DNA from: a bacterium
GTDB taxonomy: Bacteria > Cyanobacteriota > Vampirovibrionia > Gastranaerophilales > JBAXKC01
Assembly: GCA_037137535.1 (NCBI GenBank)
Contig: JBAXKC010000005.1
Coordinates: 32,001-96,000 of the forward strand
Direction of reading: 5' to 3'
DNA: 64,000 nucleotides
Shown here: positions 28,793-38,608 of the stretch, piece by piece
How positions within the stretch are numbered: the stretch's first letter is position 1
Layout of the letters: every line of letters begins with the position of its first letter
Made by a program: the position numbers and the translations under genes
The notes under the pieces: generated by a model
What the model saw: the letters and a program-made list of their open reading frames with translations, nothing else
Told to the model about the DNA's origin: nothing
Database searches by the model: none

Positions 28793-29512
28793 ATGAATAG
28801 ATATAACCGAAATATTTTAATGATTGAAGAGAGCGGACAACAAAAACTTTTAAATTCAAAAATATTAATTGCAGGTGCAGGTGGATTGGGTTCAACTGTC
28901 ATTGTAAATCTTGCCTCTTTGGGTATAGGAAAATTAGGCATAATTGATAATGACAAATTAGATATTACTAATCTTAACAGGCAATATATTCATAAATTTG
29001 AAAATATCGGCAAAGATAAAGTTGACTCTGCTGAAGAGTGGATTAAGTCTTTTAACCCTGATATTGAAGTAGAAAAATTCAAATTAAGACTAAATGAAGA
29101 TAATGCGGAAAGTATTATTTCAAAATTCGATCTTGTAATTGATTGTTTTGATTCTTATGCGTCAAAATTCATATTAAATGACATTTGTAATAAACTGAAG
29201 AAACCGCTTATTCATGGCGGTGTAATGGAATATAGCGGTCAAGTTCTAACAATTTTTCCTGAAAAATCAGCATGTTTAAGGTGTATTTTTCCCGATGCAA
29301 ATCTTGATGCTTATGTGGTTAAAGGAATTATAAGTCCGACAGTAAGCGTTATTGCTTCATTGCAGGCAATGGAAGCAGCTAAGGTTATTTTAGGGGAAGA
29401 TAACCTTTTAATCGATAAACTTCTTACTTATAACGGCAAACTTCAAGAATTTAAGAAAATTAACCTGACCAAAAATCAGGCATGTCCTTTGTGTTCCACT
29501 TTAAAAGTATAA
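28793..29512 (+). CDS. ThiF/MoeB/HesA-family adenylyltransferase
   Basis: RYNRN, GAGGLGS, TNLNRQ, DCFD, CLRC and CPLC zinc motifs. Confidence 0.9.
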   Translation: MNRYNRNILMIEESGQQKLLNSKILIAGAGGLGSTVIVNLASLGIGKLGIIDNDKLDITNLNRQYIHKFENIGKDKVDSAEEWIKSFNPDIEVEKFKLRLNEDNAESIISKFDLVIDCFDSYASKFILNDICNKLKKPLIHGGVMEYSGQVLTIFPEKSACLRCIFPDANLDAYVVKGIISPTVSVIASLQAMEAAKVILGEDNLLIDKLLTYNGKLQEFKKINLTKNQACPLCSTLKV

Positions 29513-29546
29513 ATGGTTGCTCTTGAATTAATCTATTAGATATAAC

Positions 29547-29582
29547 AAAAGACAAGTCTTAATTTTCAAAGACATGTCTTTT
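29547..29582. terminator. Bidirectional terminator between convergent genes
   Basis: AAAAGACA-A-GTCTT...AAGAC-A-TGTCTTTT. Confidence 0.65.
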
Positions 29583-29598
29583 CTTTATTAGACAGTAG

Positions 29599-32500
29599 TT
29601 ATTCCACAGAGAAAATATCCTCTAAATCCTGATAAGTCAATGCTTTTCCTATTGATCTGTCTACAGAAATAATGGTATCTGCAATATCACGTTTTTTCTC
29701 TTTTAATTTCATTATTTTTTCTTCAACAGAGTTTTTTGTAATAAACCTGTAAACGAAAACATTTTTGGTTTGTCCAATTCTGTAAGCTCTATCAGTTGCC
29801 TGATCTTCAACAGCAGGATTCCACCATGGGTCATAATGAATTACATAGTCGGCACCTGTTAAATTCAGACCTGTTCCGCCCGCTTTAAGACTTATTAAAA
29901 ATATGGGGATGCTATCGTCATTATTGAAGTTATTTACTCTTTCGGCTCGGTCTTTTGTTGAACCGGTAAGATACTCATGTTTTATGCCTTTTTCTTCAAG
30001 CCATTCTTTAACAATATCAAGCATTTGAACAAATTGACTGAATAATAAAATTCTATGTCCCTCGCTTATGATTTCTTCGAGCATTTCTTTTAAATGTTCA
30101 AATTTACCTGATGTTTCAATGCCTCTTTCACCTTGTTTATCAAAGAGTTTTGGATGGCAACAGATTTGTCTTAATCTTAATAGAGCGGCAAAAATAGACA
30201 TTTGACTTTTTTCAATTCCGTCCTTTTGCACTTTTGCCATAAGTTCTTTTTTAGTGCTGTCAAGAACATCAAGATAAAAGTCTTTTTGTTCAGGCAACAT
30301 GTGACAATATGCAATGTTTTCAACTTTATCGGGAAGGTCTTTTGCAATATCTCTTTTCATTCTTCTAAGAATAAACGGATAAATTTGTTTTTTAAGTTTG
30401 GATTCGACCAGCCTGTCTTCTCTCTCTTGAATTGGAACTAAATACCTTGATTTAAACTCTTTATCATCATATAAAAAGCCCGGCATTAAGAAGTCAAAAA
30501 CTGACCATAATTCGTTAATGCTGTTTTCTATCGGTGTACCTGAAAGAGCGATTCTATGTTGTGCATTAAGCTGTTTTGCCGATTGTGCGGTAATTGAATC
30601 AGAGTTTTTAATATTTTGTGATTCATCAAGAATAATAAATCTGAAATTATATTTTTTTAACTCTTCAATATCTCTTCTTAACAACGCATAACTGGTAATT
30701 ATTATGTCATGCTTGTCAATTTTACCGAAAGAATCTTTTCTTGATGAGCCTGTTAAGTTTAAATATTTTAATTTTGGCGTAAATTTCTCAATCTCCGCTT
30801 CCCAGTTAAAAACAACTGAAGTCGGACAAACTACTAATGTCGGCATAAGTTTATCTTCTTCTTTCGCCTTTAGAATGAGAGCGAGAGTCTGAAGTGTTTT
30901 ACCAAGACCCATATCATCAGCAAGTATTCCGTTTAGTCCGTAATCATATAAGAACCATAACCAGTTAAGACCTTTTATCTGATATTCTCTGAGATCGGCT
31001 TTTAGACCTTTTGGTTTGCTTATGTCTTCAAGTGTATTAAAAGATTTGATTTGTGTCCAAAATCTTTCAAATTTTTCGCTCATTTCAATTTTTACATTTT
31101 GCTCGATTAATTCATTAACAAGACCTGCTCTATATGTTTTTATTTTATAAACGTCTTCTCCGTTTATTTTTTGAGCATCAAAACTCGTCAAACTCTTTGT
31201 AAAGTTAAGAATGAGAGCTAATGGTATTTCGACATAGCCTTTATTGTAAGCATTTATATATTTTTTTCCATGTAAAAAAGCTTGAATTACATCATCTGTA
31301 GCTATTTCAACTTCCCCTGAAATCATTTTTACAGCCATTAAGAAACTATCGGCAGATTTTTCAAAATCTAAATGTGCAGAAACTACAAGCGGTTCAGGTA
31401 ATACAGTAATTAATGAAAAATCTCCTGTTTCTTCAAAAATCCAGTCATCTCCTGCTTTAGGTTTATAAAAATTATAAAAATCTACTGCATCATCGCCTTC
31501 TACTTGAAGGTTATTTGTTTGCATCGGATAAAATTTACAGGTCTGTAAAGAGTTATAAGCTTGCTGTTCATGTTTTAAATCTCTTTTTAGCCAGTATATA
31601 ATTTCTTCTTCAGGTTTTTTAACTGTAACATAAGGCGTTTTATCAGCGAGTTTGCCAAAAGGAACTCTTGTGCCGTCATACTCAAATTCTAATGCCGCTT
31701 TTATTGTGTTATTTTCTAAAAGTTCCATTGTAACTATATTAGTAGGTATTTTTTGTTCTAGGTTCAGTTTGCCTAATGTTTCAGATATTTCTACAGGCAT
31801 GACTTCTTTTATCTTAGGAAGTTCTTCATATATGAATTTTCCGCCGTCAGCATCCCTTATATCAGTAAAAGTGGATTTTGTTAAATAAGGAGGTAATTTC
31901 ATAAGTTTGATATTTGTCGGGAATACAAATTGCTTGTATCTTCCCCATTGAGAATGTTTTGAGTAATATCTTATTTCTTCAAAAGGAAGTATTTCATCAA
32001 TATCTGTTCTATGCCAATGCAAAGATAAGAGCACATTTCCAACAAGTGACACATTTACGGCCAGTTTAAGATTCAAAATATTTTGATTAAAAATAAGTCT
32101 TTTTTTAGTTACAGGATCAACAACTTCTTCAAGTTTAGAAAGTAGGTTTATTGTTTCATCAAGTAAATTAAAAGGTATAGAATAAAATTCGCTGTCTTTT
32201 TGAAATTTAGCTTTTTTATATAAGAACTGCATTACTCCAAATTCATTTTTTTGAGTTTCATTGAGTTCAAAGGTTGAACCAGGTGTTTTTTGTAATGCAA
32301 TAACCGCTCTCAATAAGCTTTCTACGTCTTTTACGACTTCTTCTTTATTTCTGTCAATTATTTTTATTCCGATAAATTTAGGCTTTAACTCAGGGGCAAA
32401 TAAAAACCTGTAAGCTCCTTGAGGTGATTCTAAAGGAGGTGGAGTTTCTTCATCAAAGTCAAAAGTTTCTTCTGTTTTTTTTGTGAGATATTCCTCATAA

Positions 32501-32778
32501 AAATGTTTTTCTATTGAATAAATAGCCGCAGATACTGCATGTTTGCACCATTCTTCTTCAAGGGGGCAGTTGCATTCAGCTTTTATATTATTCTCATCAA
32601 ATTTTAACTTTACCTCATAGCTTTCCTGAAAACTTCCTTTTATTTTTGCATTTACTGTATAGTCTTCAAGTAAAGCTTCAAGAACCATATCTTTTTTAAA
32701 ATATTCATAGCCTCTTCTCCAACTTCCCGGAGTTGCTGCTTCTTTTAGATATTTAAAGTTAAAATTACTTTTTTTCAT
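29599..32778 (-). CDS. SWIM zinc finger + SNF2-family helicase/ATPase
   Basis: CNCP....WCKH SWIM; LADDMGLGKT, DESQ, SGTPIEN, SLKAGGTGLNL, QATDRAYRIGQ; ATG at 32778 after AGGA (track 32802). Confidence 0.93.
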   Translation of the reverse strand: MKKSNFNFKYLKEAATPGSWRRGYEYFKKDMVLEALLEDYTVNAKIKGSFQESYEVKLKFDENNIKAECNCPLEEEWCKHAVSAAIYSIEKHFYEEYLTKKTEETFDFDEETPPPLESPQGAYRFLFAPELKPKFIGIKIIDRNKEEVVKDVESLLRAVIALQKTPGSTFELNETQKNEFGVMQFLYKKAKFQKDSEFYSIPFNLLDETINLLSKLEEVVDPVTKKRLIFNQNILNLKLAVNVSLVGNVLLSLHWHRTDIDEILPFEEIRYYSKHSQWGRYKQFVFPTNIKLMKLPPYLTKSTFTDIRDADGGKFIYEELPKIKEVMPVEISETLGKLNLEQKIPTNIVTMELLENNTIKAALEFEYDGTRVPFGKLADKTPYVTVKKPEEEIIYWLKRDLKHEQQAYNSLQTCKFYPMQTNNLQVEGDDAVDFYNFYKPKAGDDWIFEETGDFSLITVLPEPLVVSAHLDFEKSADSFLMAVKMISGEVEIATDDVIQAFLHGKKYINAYNKGYVEIPLALILNFTKSLTSFDAQKINGEDVYKIKTYRAGLVNELIEQNVKIEMSEKFERFWTQIKSFNTLEDISKPKGLKADLREYQIKGLNWLWFLYDYGLNGILADDMGLGKTLQTLALILKAKEEDKLMPTLVVCPTSVVFNWEAEIEKFTPKLKYLNLTGSSRKDSFGKIDKHDIIITSYALLRRDIEELKKYNFRFIILDESQNIKNSDSITAQSAKQLNAQHRIALSGTPIENSINELWSVFDFLMPGFLYDDKEFKSRYLVPIQEREDRLVESKLKKQIYPFILRRMKRDIAKDLPDKVENIAYCHMLPEQKDFYLDVLDSTKKELMAKVQKDGIEKSQMSIFAALLRLRQICCHPKLFDKQGERGIETSGKFEHLKEMLEEIISEGHRILLFSQFVQMLDIVKEWLEEKGIKHEYLTGSTKDRAERVNNFNNDDSIPIFLISLKAGGTGLNLTGADYVIHYDPWWNPAVEDQATDRAYRIGQTKNVFVYRFITKNSVEEKIMKLKEKKRDIADTIISVDRSIGKALTYQDLEDIFSVE

Positions 32779-33483
32779 TATAATTCCTAGAAAATCATAC
32801 AAAACTTTTAATTATTTTTATTGTATTATCCACCCGCAATTACTTTAAGTTTAAAAATTACAAGTAATTATGGGAGTGGTTAATGTTTAAATACGTATTT
32901 CTTAATACGTCAAAAATATCTTCAATTACTAATATACTATAACCTGATAATAATGTACTAATTCATTAAGCTAATATTAAGACTGTATCAATATAGAATG
33001 AATTTATTAATGTCATTTACTCGTATCTCTACTGAATAATTATCTTTATGCCGTATGTAATTATTACAAAGAATGCCTTTTAGTTTTTAAATAGTTATTT
33101 TTAGTATGGTCGAACTGATAAGTTTTCGTTAAAGAATGTTTTTTTAAACTATCCATGCAAATAGGTAATAGTGGTAATGCTATAAGTCGTTTGTAAGCTT
33201 CATAATCATTTGTAAATAAATGAAACATGTTAATACCTTTGAGTTTACTAAATTAAAACTTTATTACGAGGTTAGAAAAATAAATAAATGTTAAATAAGG
33301 TATTAAAAAAAATAAATGAAGTCAGTTGTAGATAAATGTAATCTTTGCTTGATATATCGATTACACATTTAGCATGTTTCTAAAAATAGTGCTAAAACTA
33401 AATATTTAGTTATAGGGATGGTAGTTTTCAGGATGAGGAACCAGGTTATTCATTCTGGTAGAAAACAAAGGGAGGAAACTAGT

Positions 33484-35397
33484 ATGAGTTTCAAAAAAAT
33501 GACATTAGCAGCAGCTATTACAATAGGTATGGTTGCAGTTGGCGGCGCTGCAAGAGCGGCAGATTTGAATGGTGCAACAATTCCTACATCATCAGATGCT
33601 TGTACACCAAGTAATATAATCTCTTCTCAGCAGGTTAATTGTCCGGTCAGCGGTACTTGTCCTGCTATGTCCACAGATGGTAAACTTGATTATTCAGAAA
33701 GACAAGTTTATGCGTTCCCTAATTTAAGTGGGCAAAACCTTGTAATTCCTAATGAGAATACAATGGTTCAATTAGGTCAATCATCTGATGTAAGTGTTCC
33801 GACTAAAAACAATATTACAGGTGCGGCAGCTCCTATTGGTCAAAATGGTGTAATTTTGAACAATAGAGCAGGTGTTGGAATCGCAGGACAAACCGTAAAC
33901 CTTTCAGAAGAAAATACAGGTTGTTGCCCTGATTCAAAAAAAGCAGAAGCAGAACAGCCTAAGAGAACAGGTGCAGCTGCAGCAGTAGATGAGTCTTGTG
34001 CTCCTGTTAATCCTTGTACAGGCGGTGCAGCTCCTGCTAATAATACTTTCCAATCAAGTTCAGGACTTCAAATTGAAAAGAAAATTCCTGAATGTGAATT
34101 AGAACAAATGAGAAAAACAGGTGCAGCCGCTGCAATAATTCCAAATCAATTTACTGATGTAAGTTCTGATTTCTGGGCAAGTAATCAAATTAACTTGCTT
34201 GGTTCAAAAGGAATTTTGGCAGGATATCCTGACAGAACATACAGACCAACACTTCCAACATTAAGATCTGAATTTGCAAGTATGGTTGTTGCAGGTTTAA
34301 ATCTTGAAGGAACACAAGCTTATTCCGAGAAAAAATTTAAAGATGTTCCTGAAAATCACTGGGCTAGAAATGATATTTATAAAGCCTATAATCAAGGTTA
34401 TATGAATGGTTATTCCGATAATACTTTCCGTCCGTCAGAAACTATTTCCAGAGCTCAAGCGTTTAATTCATTCGCAAAAGCATTACCAGGTAAAATGACG
34501 GCTCAGGAAGCTCAAGGTGTATTAGCATCTTATGCTGATAATAATACTGTTCCTGATTGGGCTAAAATTGGTATGGCAGAATCTATTAGTGCAGGATTAA
34601 CTAAAGATTCACCTGATCCTACAAGATTAAATCCTAATAAAGATGCTTCAAGAGCTGAAATGGCAGCAGTTATTGCTCAATTAAGACAAACATTAGCCCT
34701 TGATCCATCTAATATTCCTACGGGAGCAGCTTCTGAAATACAAACATTCCCTACACTCAGCTTGAAATTTAATGATATGTTACATGCTAGAGGTAGTCAT
34801 ATTGGTGATACTTTCGTAGCAGAAACTCAAGATCAGGTTACAATAAACGGACAAGTATACCCAACAGGCTCTAAAGTTCACGGTAAAATTGTTGAAGTTG
34901 TTATGCCTAATTTAGATAACAAAGGTTCAGTAAAACTTGCCTTTGATACTATCGAAGATAATGGCCATAAAGCTGATTTACCTAAACAAATTTTATCAGC
35001 AGGTATTACAAGAAGTGATAATGTAAATATTATCGCAAGAGCTGTACAATTCCCATTTGTATGGCCTGGTAAACTTGTCGGTACAGCAGGAAGATCAGTT
35101 TCTAATATTGGTATAATTGCTTCCAATACAGTTCAAGAGATGATGGGTGCTACCGGTTTTGCGGCTGGTCACGTATTCTCTGGTGAATTTGGCGCAGCAG
35201 GAAGAAACACTTATGAAGTTGGTAAATCACTTGCTATGGGCGTAGTTGATACAGGTAAAACTGTAATTAGCGGTACCGTAGGACTATTCAAAGAATCAGG
35301 TGATGAATTAACTTATATTGTATCTCCTGATACATTACAAGTATCAAGCATCAACCCTGATGAAGTTGTTCAAGTTGCATTTGGTTGCCCTCAATAA
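33484..35397 (+). CDS. Secreted S-layer homology (SLH) domain protein with Cys-rich/TGAAA-repeat N-region and VirB10/TrbI-like C-region
   Basis: Signal peptide MSFKKMTLAAA...ARA; three SLH repeats (FTDV...FWA...GYPD, FKDVPENHWA...GYSD, YAD...DWA); RBS GGAGG. Confidence 0.85.
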   Translation: MSFKKMTLAAAITIGMVAVGGAARAADLNGATIPTSSDACTPSNIISSQQVNCPVSGTCPAMSTDGKLDYSERQVYAFPNLSGQNLVIPNENTMVQLGQSSDVSVPTKNNITGAAAPIGQNGVILNNRAGVGIAGQTVNLSEENTGCCPDSKKAEAEQPKRTGAAAAVDESCAPVNPCTGGAAPANNTFQSSSGLQIEKKIPECELEQMRKTGAAAAIIPNQFTDVSSDFWASNQINLLGSKGILAGYPDRTYRPTLPTLRSEFASMVVAGLNLEGTQAYSEKKFKDVPENHWARNDIYKAYNQGYMNGYSDNTFRPSETISRAQAFNSFAKALPGKMTAQEAQGVLASYADNNTVPDWAKIGMAESISAGLTKDSPDPTRLNPNKDASRAEMAAVIAQLRQTLALDPSNIPTGAASEIQTFPTLSLKFNDMLHARGSHIGDTFVAETQDQVTINGQVYPTGSKVHGKIVEVVMPNLDNKGSVKLAFDTIEDNGHKADLPKQILSAGITRSDNVNIIARAVQFPFVWPGKLVGTAGRSVSNIGIIASNTVQEMMGATGFAAGHVFSGEFGAAGRNTYEVGKSLAMGVVDTGKTVISGTVGLFKESGDELTYIVSPDTLQVSSINPDEVVQVAFGCPQ

Positions 35398-35419
35398 GCG
35401 CTAAATTTAATTAACAACG

Positions 35420-35452
35420 AATAAGAGGACTGGTTTCAGTCCTCTTATTTTT
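35420..35452. terminator. Terminator between convergent genes
   Basis: AATAAGAGGACTG...CAGTCCTCTTATTTTT. Confidence 0.85.
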
Positions 35453-35477
35453 ATGAGTTTTTATAGTTCTTGAATTA

Positions 35478-35999
35478 TTAGCTTTTAAGAAAATCATCTA
35501 ATGCTTGATCATTTTTTGTTACTTTTGGTTTATCGTAATATTTTTTTGCAAGATTAATAACACCTTTAAATAGAGAATCAAGTCCATGAATACCATGTTC
35601 TTCATCAACTATTACAGTTTTTTTGCCATCAGGTTGTTCAATTGTGTAAAAGTTTGCATCAGATCCAAAACAATGTTGAGGTGAATCTTCAGCATTATTT
35701 TTGTCTGATTGACTAATGTGTGGATCTTTGTTTATCTCTTTGATTGTTTTCATTGAGACAGTGAATGTATCTTTATCAGGTCCAATAGTTTTTAATTTTG
35801 ATTTGCAGAAGTTACCTTTGTTCAAAAAATCATTAACTAAATTACCTTCCGGATGTTTGATATCTTGAGGTTCTCCATTGCAAACACCAGATAAAATATC
35901 TGGATTTTGATCGCTAAAAACTTTTTTTAGACCTTCTGCATTAGGAAGATCAAATTTTAGGTTTGCTTTAAAAGCTATATTGTTTGTTTTTGAAATCAT
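35478..35999 (-). CDS. Hypothetical protein
   Basis: 173 aa, RBS AGGA, N-terminus MISKTNNIAFKA. Confidence 0.75.
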   Translation of the reverse strand: MISKTNNIAFKANLKFDLPNAEGLKKVFSDQNPDILSGVCNGEPQDIKHPEGNLVNDFLNKGNFCKSKLKTIGPDKDTFTVSMKTIKEINKDPHISQSDKNNAEDSPQHCFGSDANFYTIEQPDGKKTVIVDEEHGIHGLDSLFKGVINLAKKYYDKPKVTKNDQALDDFLKS

Positions 36000-36230
36000 T
36001 GTTTTATTCCTATATGATGTACAGATTTAATGATGCTTTCATTATAAGTATAAAAAAGTATGTGTCAAATTTTATAAGTAATAAAGTTTGACATCAAAAA
36101 CCTTAAAATTCCTAACGTTTCATAATGCGATAGGTGGTTGTCATAATGGTTTCATCTTATCCGCAAAAAAAAAGATTTACGGACAAACAATGATAAGATA
36201 ATAAATTTAATTTAGATTTATATAAACTTG

Positions 36231-36974
36231 TCATGGCGTTTCAAAATGTGGTTCATCTTTAAATGTTTTCCAATTGCCACCCCAAGAAAGACCTAATGAT
36301 TCACCAATTTTTCCAGCATTAGAATACTCTGGCGATTCCCATTCAATTTCACCATTTTTTCCAATAATAGCAATATCAAAAGCCTTACCGGAATTATGAT
36401 TAGATTGTCCTCCACGTGCATTTGTAACAATTGGCCCAGGCGTTGTTCGTCCTTGAGCATAGAGTTTTTCTTGCTCGTCAAATGACCTATATCCTGAAAT
36501 TATCTTTATATTAATTCCTTTGTCTTTACAAGCTAAATATAAATCAATAGCTTTTTGTGCGGCATCAGGATTCAATCCTTTTAATTTTTTTTTAATTGAG
36601 TCAGGGACTTCAATAGCTGATTTACCATCAGTCGCCTTTTCATTTATTTGTTTTATCTCGTCTGGAGCCATTGGTTGTAAATCTATATTTTCTATACGAA
36701 TTGATTGGTTGTCATTTGTAGAAGTGATTTCACTATTTTTTTCAACACATCCATTTAGTCCGGTAGCAAGAAATAGGCTTGTAGCAAGTGCTGCTAAACC
36801 TAATTTTAGTTTTGAAATGGATTCTTTTTTTTGATTTGCATTAAATCCAATACAATTAAATTCATATTTATCGTAAGTGAGCGGAGTGGAATTATTAATA
36901 TTAGACATTATCTTATTAGTGATTAAGGTCTTTTTTTCATTTAATACCAGCGATTCTGCTCTTATAATTCGCAT
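36231..36974 (-). CDS. M15-family (CwlK-like L,D-endopeptidase) metallopeptidase, probable lipoprotein
   Basis: SGYRSFDEQEKLYAQGRT, SNHNSGKAFD, WGGNW, DEPHFE; hydrophobic stretch ending LNGC. Confidence 0.9.
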   Translation of the reverse strand: MRIIRAESLVLNEKKTLITNKIMSNINNSTPLTYDKYEFNCIGFNANQKKESISKLKLGLAALATSLFLATGLNGCVEKNSEITSTNDNQSIRIENIDLQPMAPDEIKQINEKATDGKSAIEVPDSIKKKLKGLNPDAAQKAIDLYLACKDKGINIKIISGYRSFDEQEKLYAQGRTTPGPIVTNARGGQSNHNSGKAFDIAIIGKNGEIEWESPEYSNAGKIGESLGLSWGGNWKTFKDEPHFETP

Positions 36975-37187
36975 GTTTGTCCCCTCTAACTTTTAGCAAA
37001 GCTCTATATTATTATATTTTTTGTTAATATTGAAAATTAATTTTACTATTTTTATAGAATTAATTTAATTAGTGAGCATCATTGACTTTTTTTACTTCAT
37101 TTTTATTCACTTTATTTAAAGTGTATCAAAAATATGGTATTAACTTCATTGAATTTAGCAATTCAGTTTTTTTATTTTTAAACAAAT

Positions 37188-37242
37188 AAAAATAGAAGCT
37201 TGTTTGCTAGAAATATCTAAACAAAAAGCTCCTATTATTTTT
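37188..37242 (-). terminator. Imperfect hairpin downstream of ctpA
   Basis: AATAG-A-AGCTTGTTTG...CAAAAAGCT-C-CTATT. Confidence 0.4.
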
Positions 37243-37253
37243 TAATTTTATAA

Positions 37254-38537
37254 TTACTTAACTATTGTTTTAACTTGCTCAATAGCCGAGGCTTCATTTT
37301 TATGTTCGGTGTTATATTTTGTTATTTGCGTGGATAACACTTCTTCTGCTTTCATAAGTTGTGGATCTTTTCCGTCTCTTACATCATCAGTAGTAACTTT
37401 AACGGTATAGTCCGGCATTATCCCTTTTTTATTTATATCTGTATCATTAGGCGTTAAATATTTTTGAATAGTAATATTCATTCCTGAGCCATCAGGTAAT
37501 CTGTTGATTTCTTGTACAATTCCCTTACCGAAAGATTTTGTTCCGACTAAAGTTGCTCTTCCGTTATCTTTTAGAGCTCCGCTTAAAATTTCGCTCGCAC
37601 TAGCACTGCCGCTATCTATAAGCAATACTACAGGCTTGTCGGTAATAGTGGCTTTGTCGGATTTTTGAGTTTGTTTATATCCGTCTCTATCAACTGTACT
37701 GACTATTACACCGCCATCAAGCAGCATATCAGCTATTTTAACCGCATTGGACAATAGTCCGCCGGGGTTTGATCTTAAATCAATGATATAACCACTTTTT
37801 GTGTTAAGTTTTTCTAGTGCATCTTTGACTTCATCGGCTGCATTGGAGCTTATAAATGAATTAAGTTTGATATAACCCATATTGTTTTCTACTTTTATTC
37901 CTTTTGGTGGAATTAAAGATACTGATTTAACGTTAATTTTGCTTCTTGCAATAGTAAAGCTTTTAAGTTCTTCGCCTCTTTTTACTTCTATAGTAACGGT
38001 AGTACCTTCTTCGCCTCTTATTCTGTCGGCAGCTTCTTTTACTGAAATACCTTTTGTGCTTTTCTGATCAATTTTAATTATTTCATCATTTGAGAGTAAT
38101 CCTGCTTTTGCCGCAGGTGTATCTTCAATAGGTGATATAACTACTATTTTCTCATCTTTAATACCTATTTGTATTCCAATTCCAAAAAGAGTTCCTTTTA
38201 TTGAGTTTCCTTCATCAGCAAAAGCTTCAGGGTCTAAAAATCTTGTATATGGGTCATTAAGGCTTGCTAGCATTGTTTGAATAGCAAGATAAGCATCCGC
38301 ATCGGTTTTTATGCTGTTATCGTATCTATGTCTCCATTTATTCCAATCTTGAGCGTTTTCACTAGGGTCAAGGAATTTAACACTTACGATTTTCCAGACT
38401 TGGTCATAAAGTGATTGCGGTGTGTTGGCAAAGACACTATTTGTAAACATTCCAAAATAGGAAAAAGCTAGAGCTGAAATTGCCACAGGTAAGATTTTTT
38501 TTAGTTTTTTAGTTGTGTTTGTTTGTTTTGCGCCCAA
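37254..38537 (-). CDS. ctpA: S41 carboxyl-terminal processing protease (PDZ + catalytic domain)
   Basis: LNDPYTRF, GIGIQI, DLRSNPGG, SASASEI, SFGKG; N-terminal signal/TM. Confidence 0.92.
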   Translation of the reverse strand: MGAKQTNTTKKLKKILPVAISALAFSYFGMFTNSVFANTPQSLYDQVWKIVSVKFLDPSENAQDWNKWRHRYDNSIKTDADAYLAIQTMLASLNDPYTRFLDPEAFADEGNSIKGTLFGIGIQIGIKDEKIVVISPIEDTPAAKAGLLSNDEIIKIDQKSTKGISVKEAADRIRGEEGTTVTIEVKRGEELKSFTIARSKINVKSVSLIPPKGIKVENNMGYIKLNSFISSNAADEVKDALEKLNTKSGYIIDLRSNPGGLLSNAVKIADMLLDGGVIVSTVDRDGYKQTQKSDKATITDKPVVLLIDSGSASASEILSGALKDNGRATLVGTKSFGKGIVQEINRLPDGSGMNITIQKYLTPNDTDINKKGIMPDYTVKVTTDDVRDGKDPQLMKAEEVLSTQITKYNTEHKNEASAIEQVKTIVK

Positions 38538-38608
38538 TTTTATATTCCTCTTTTCATCACTTGCAACTAATTACTATAATTGTAGCACATTGTTTTTTTT
38601 AGTGTATA

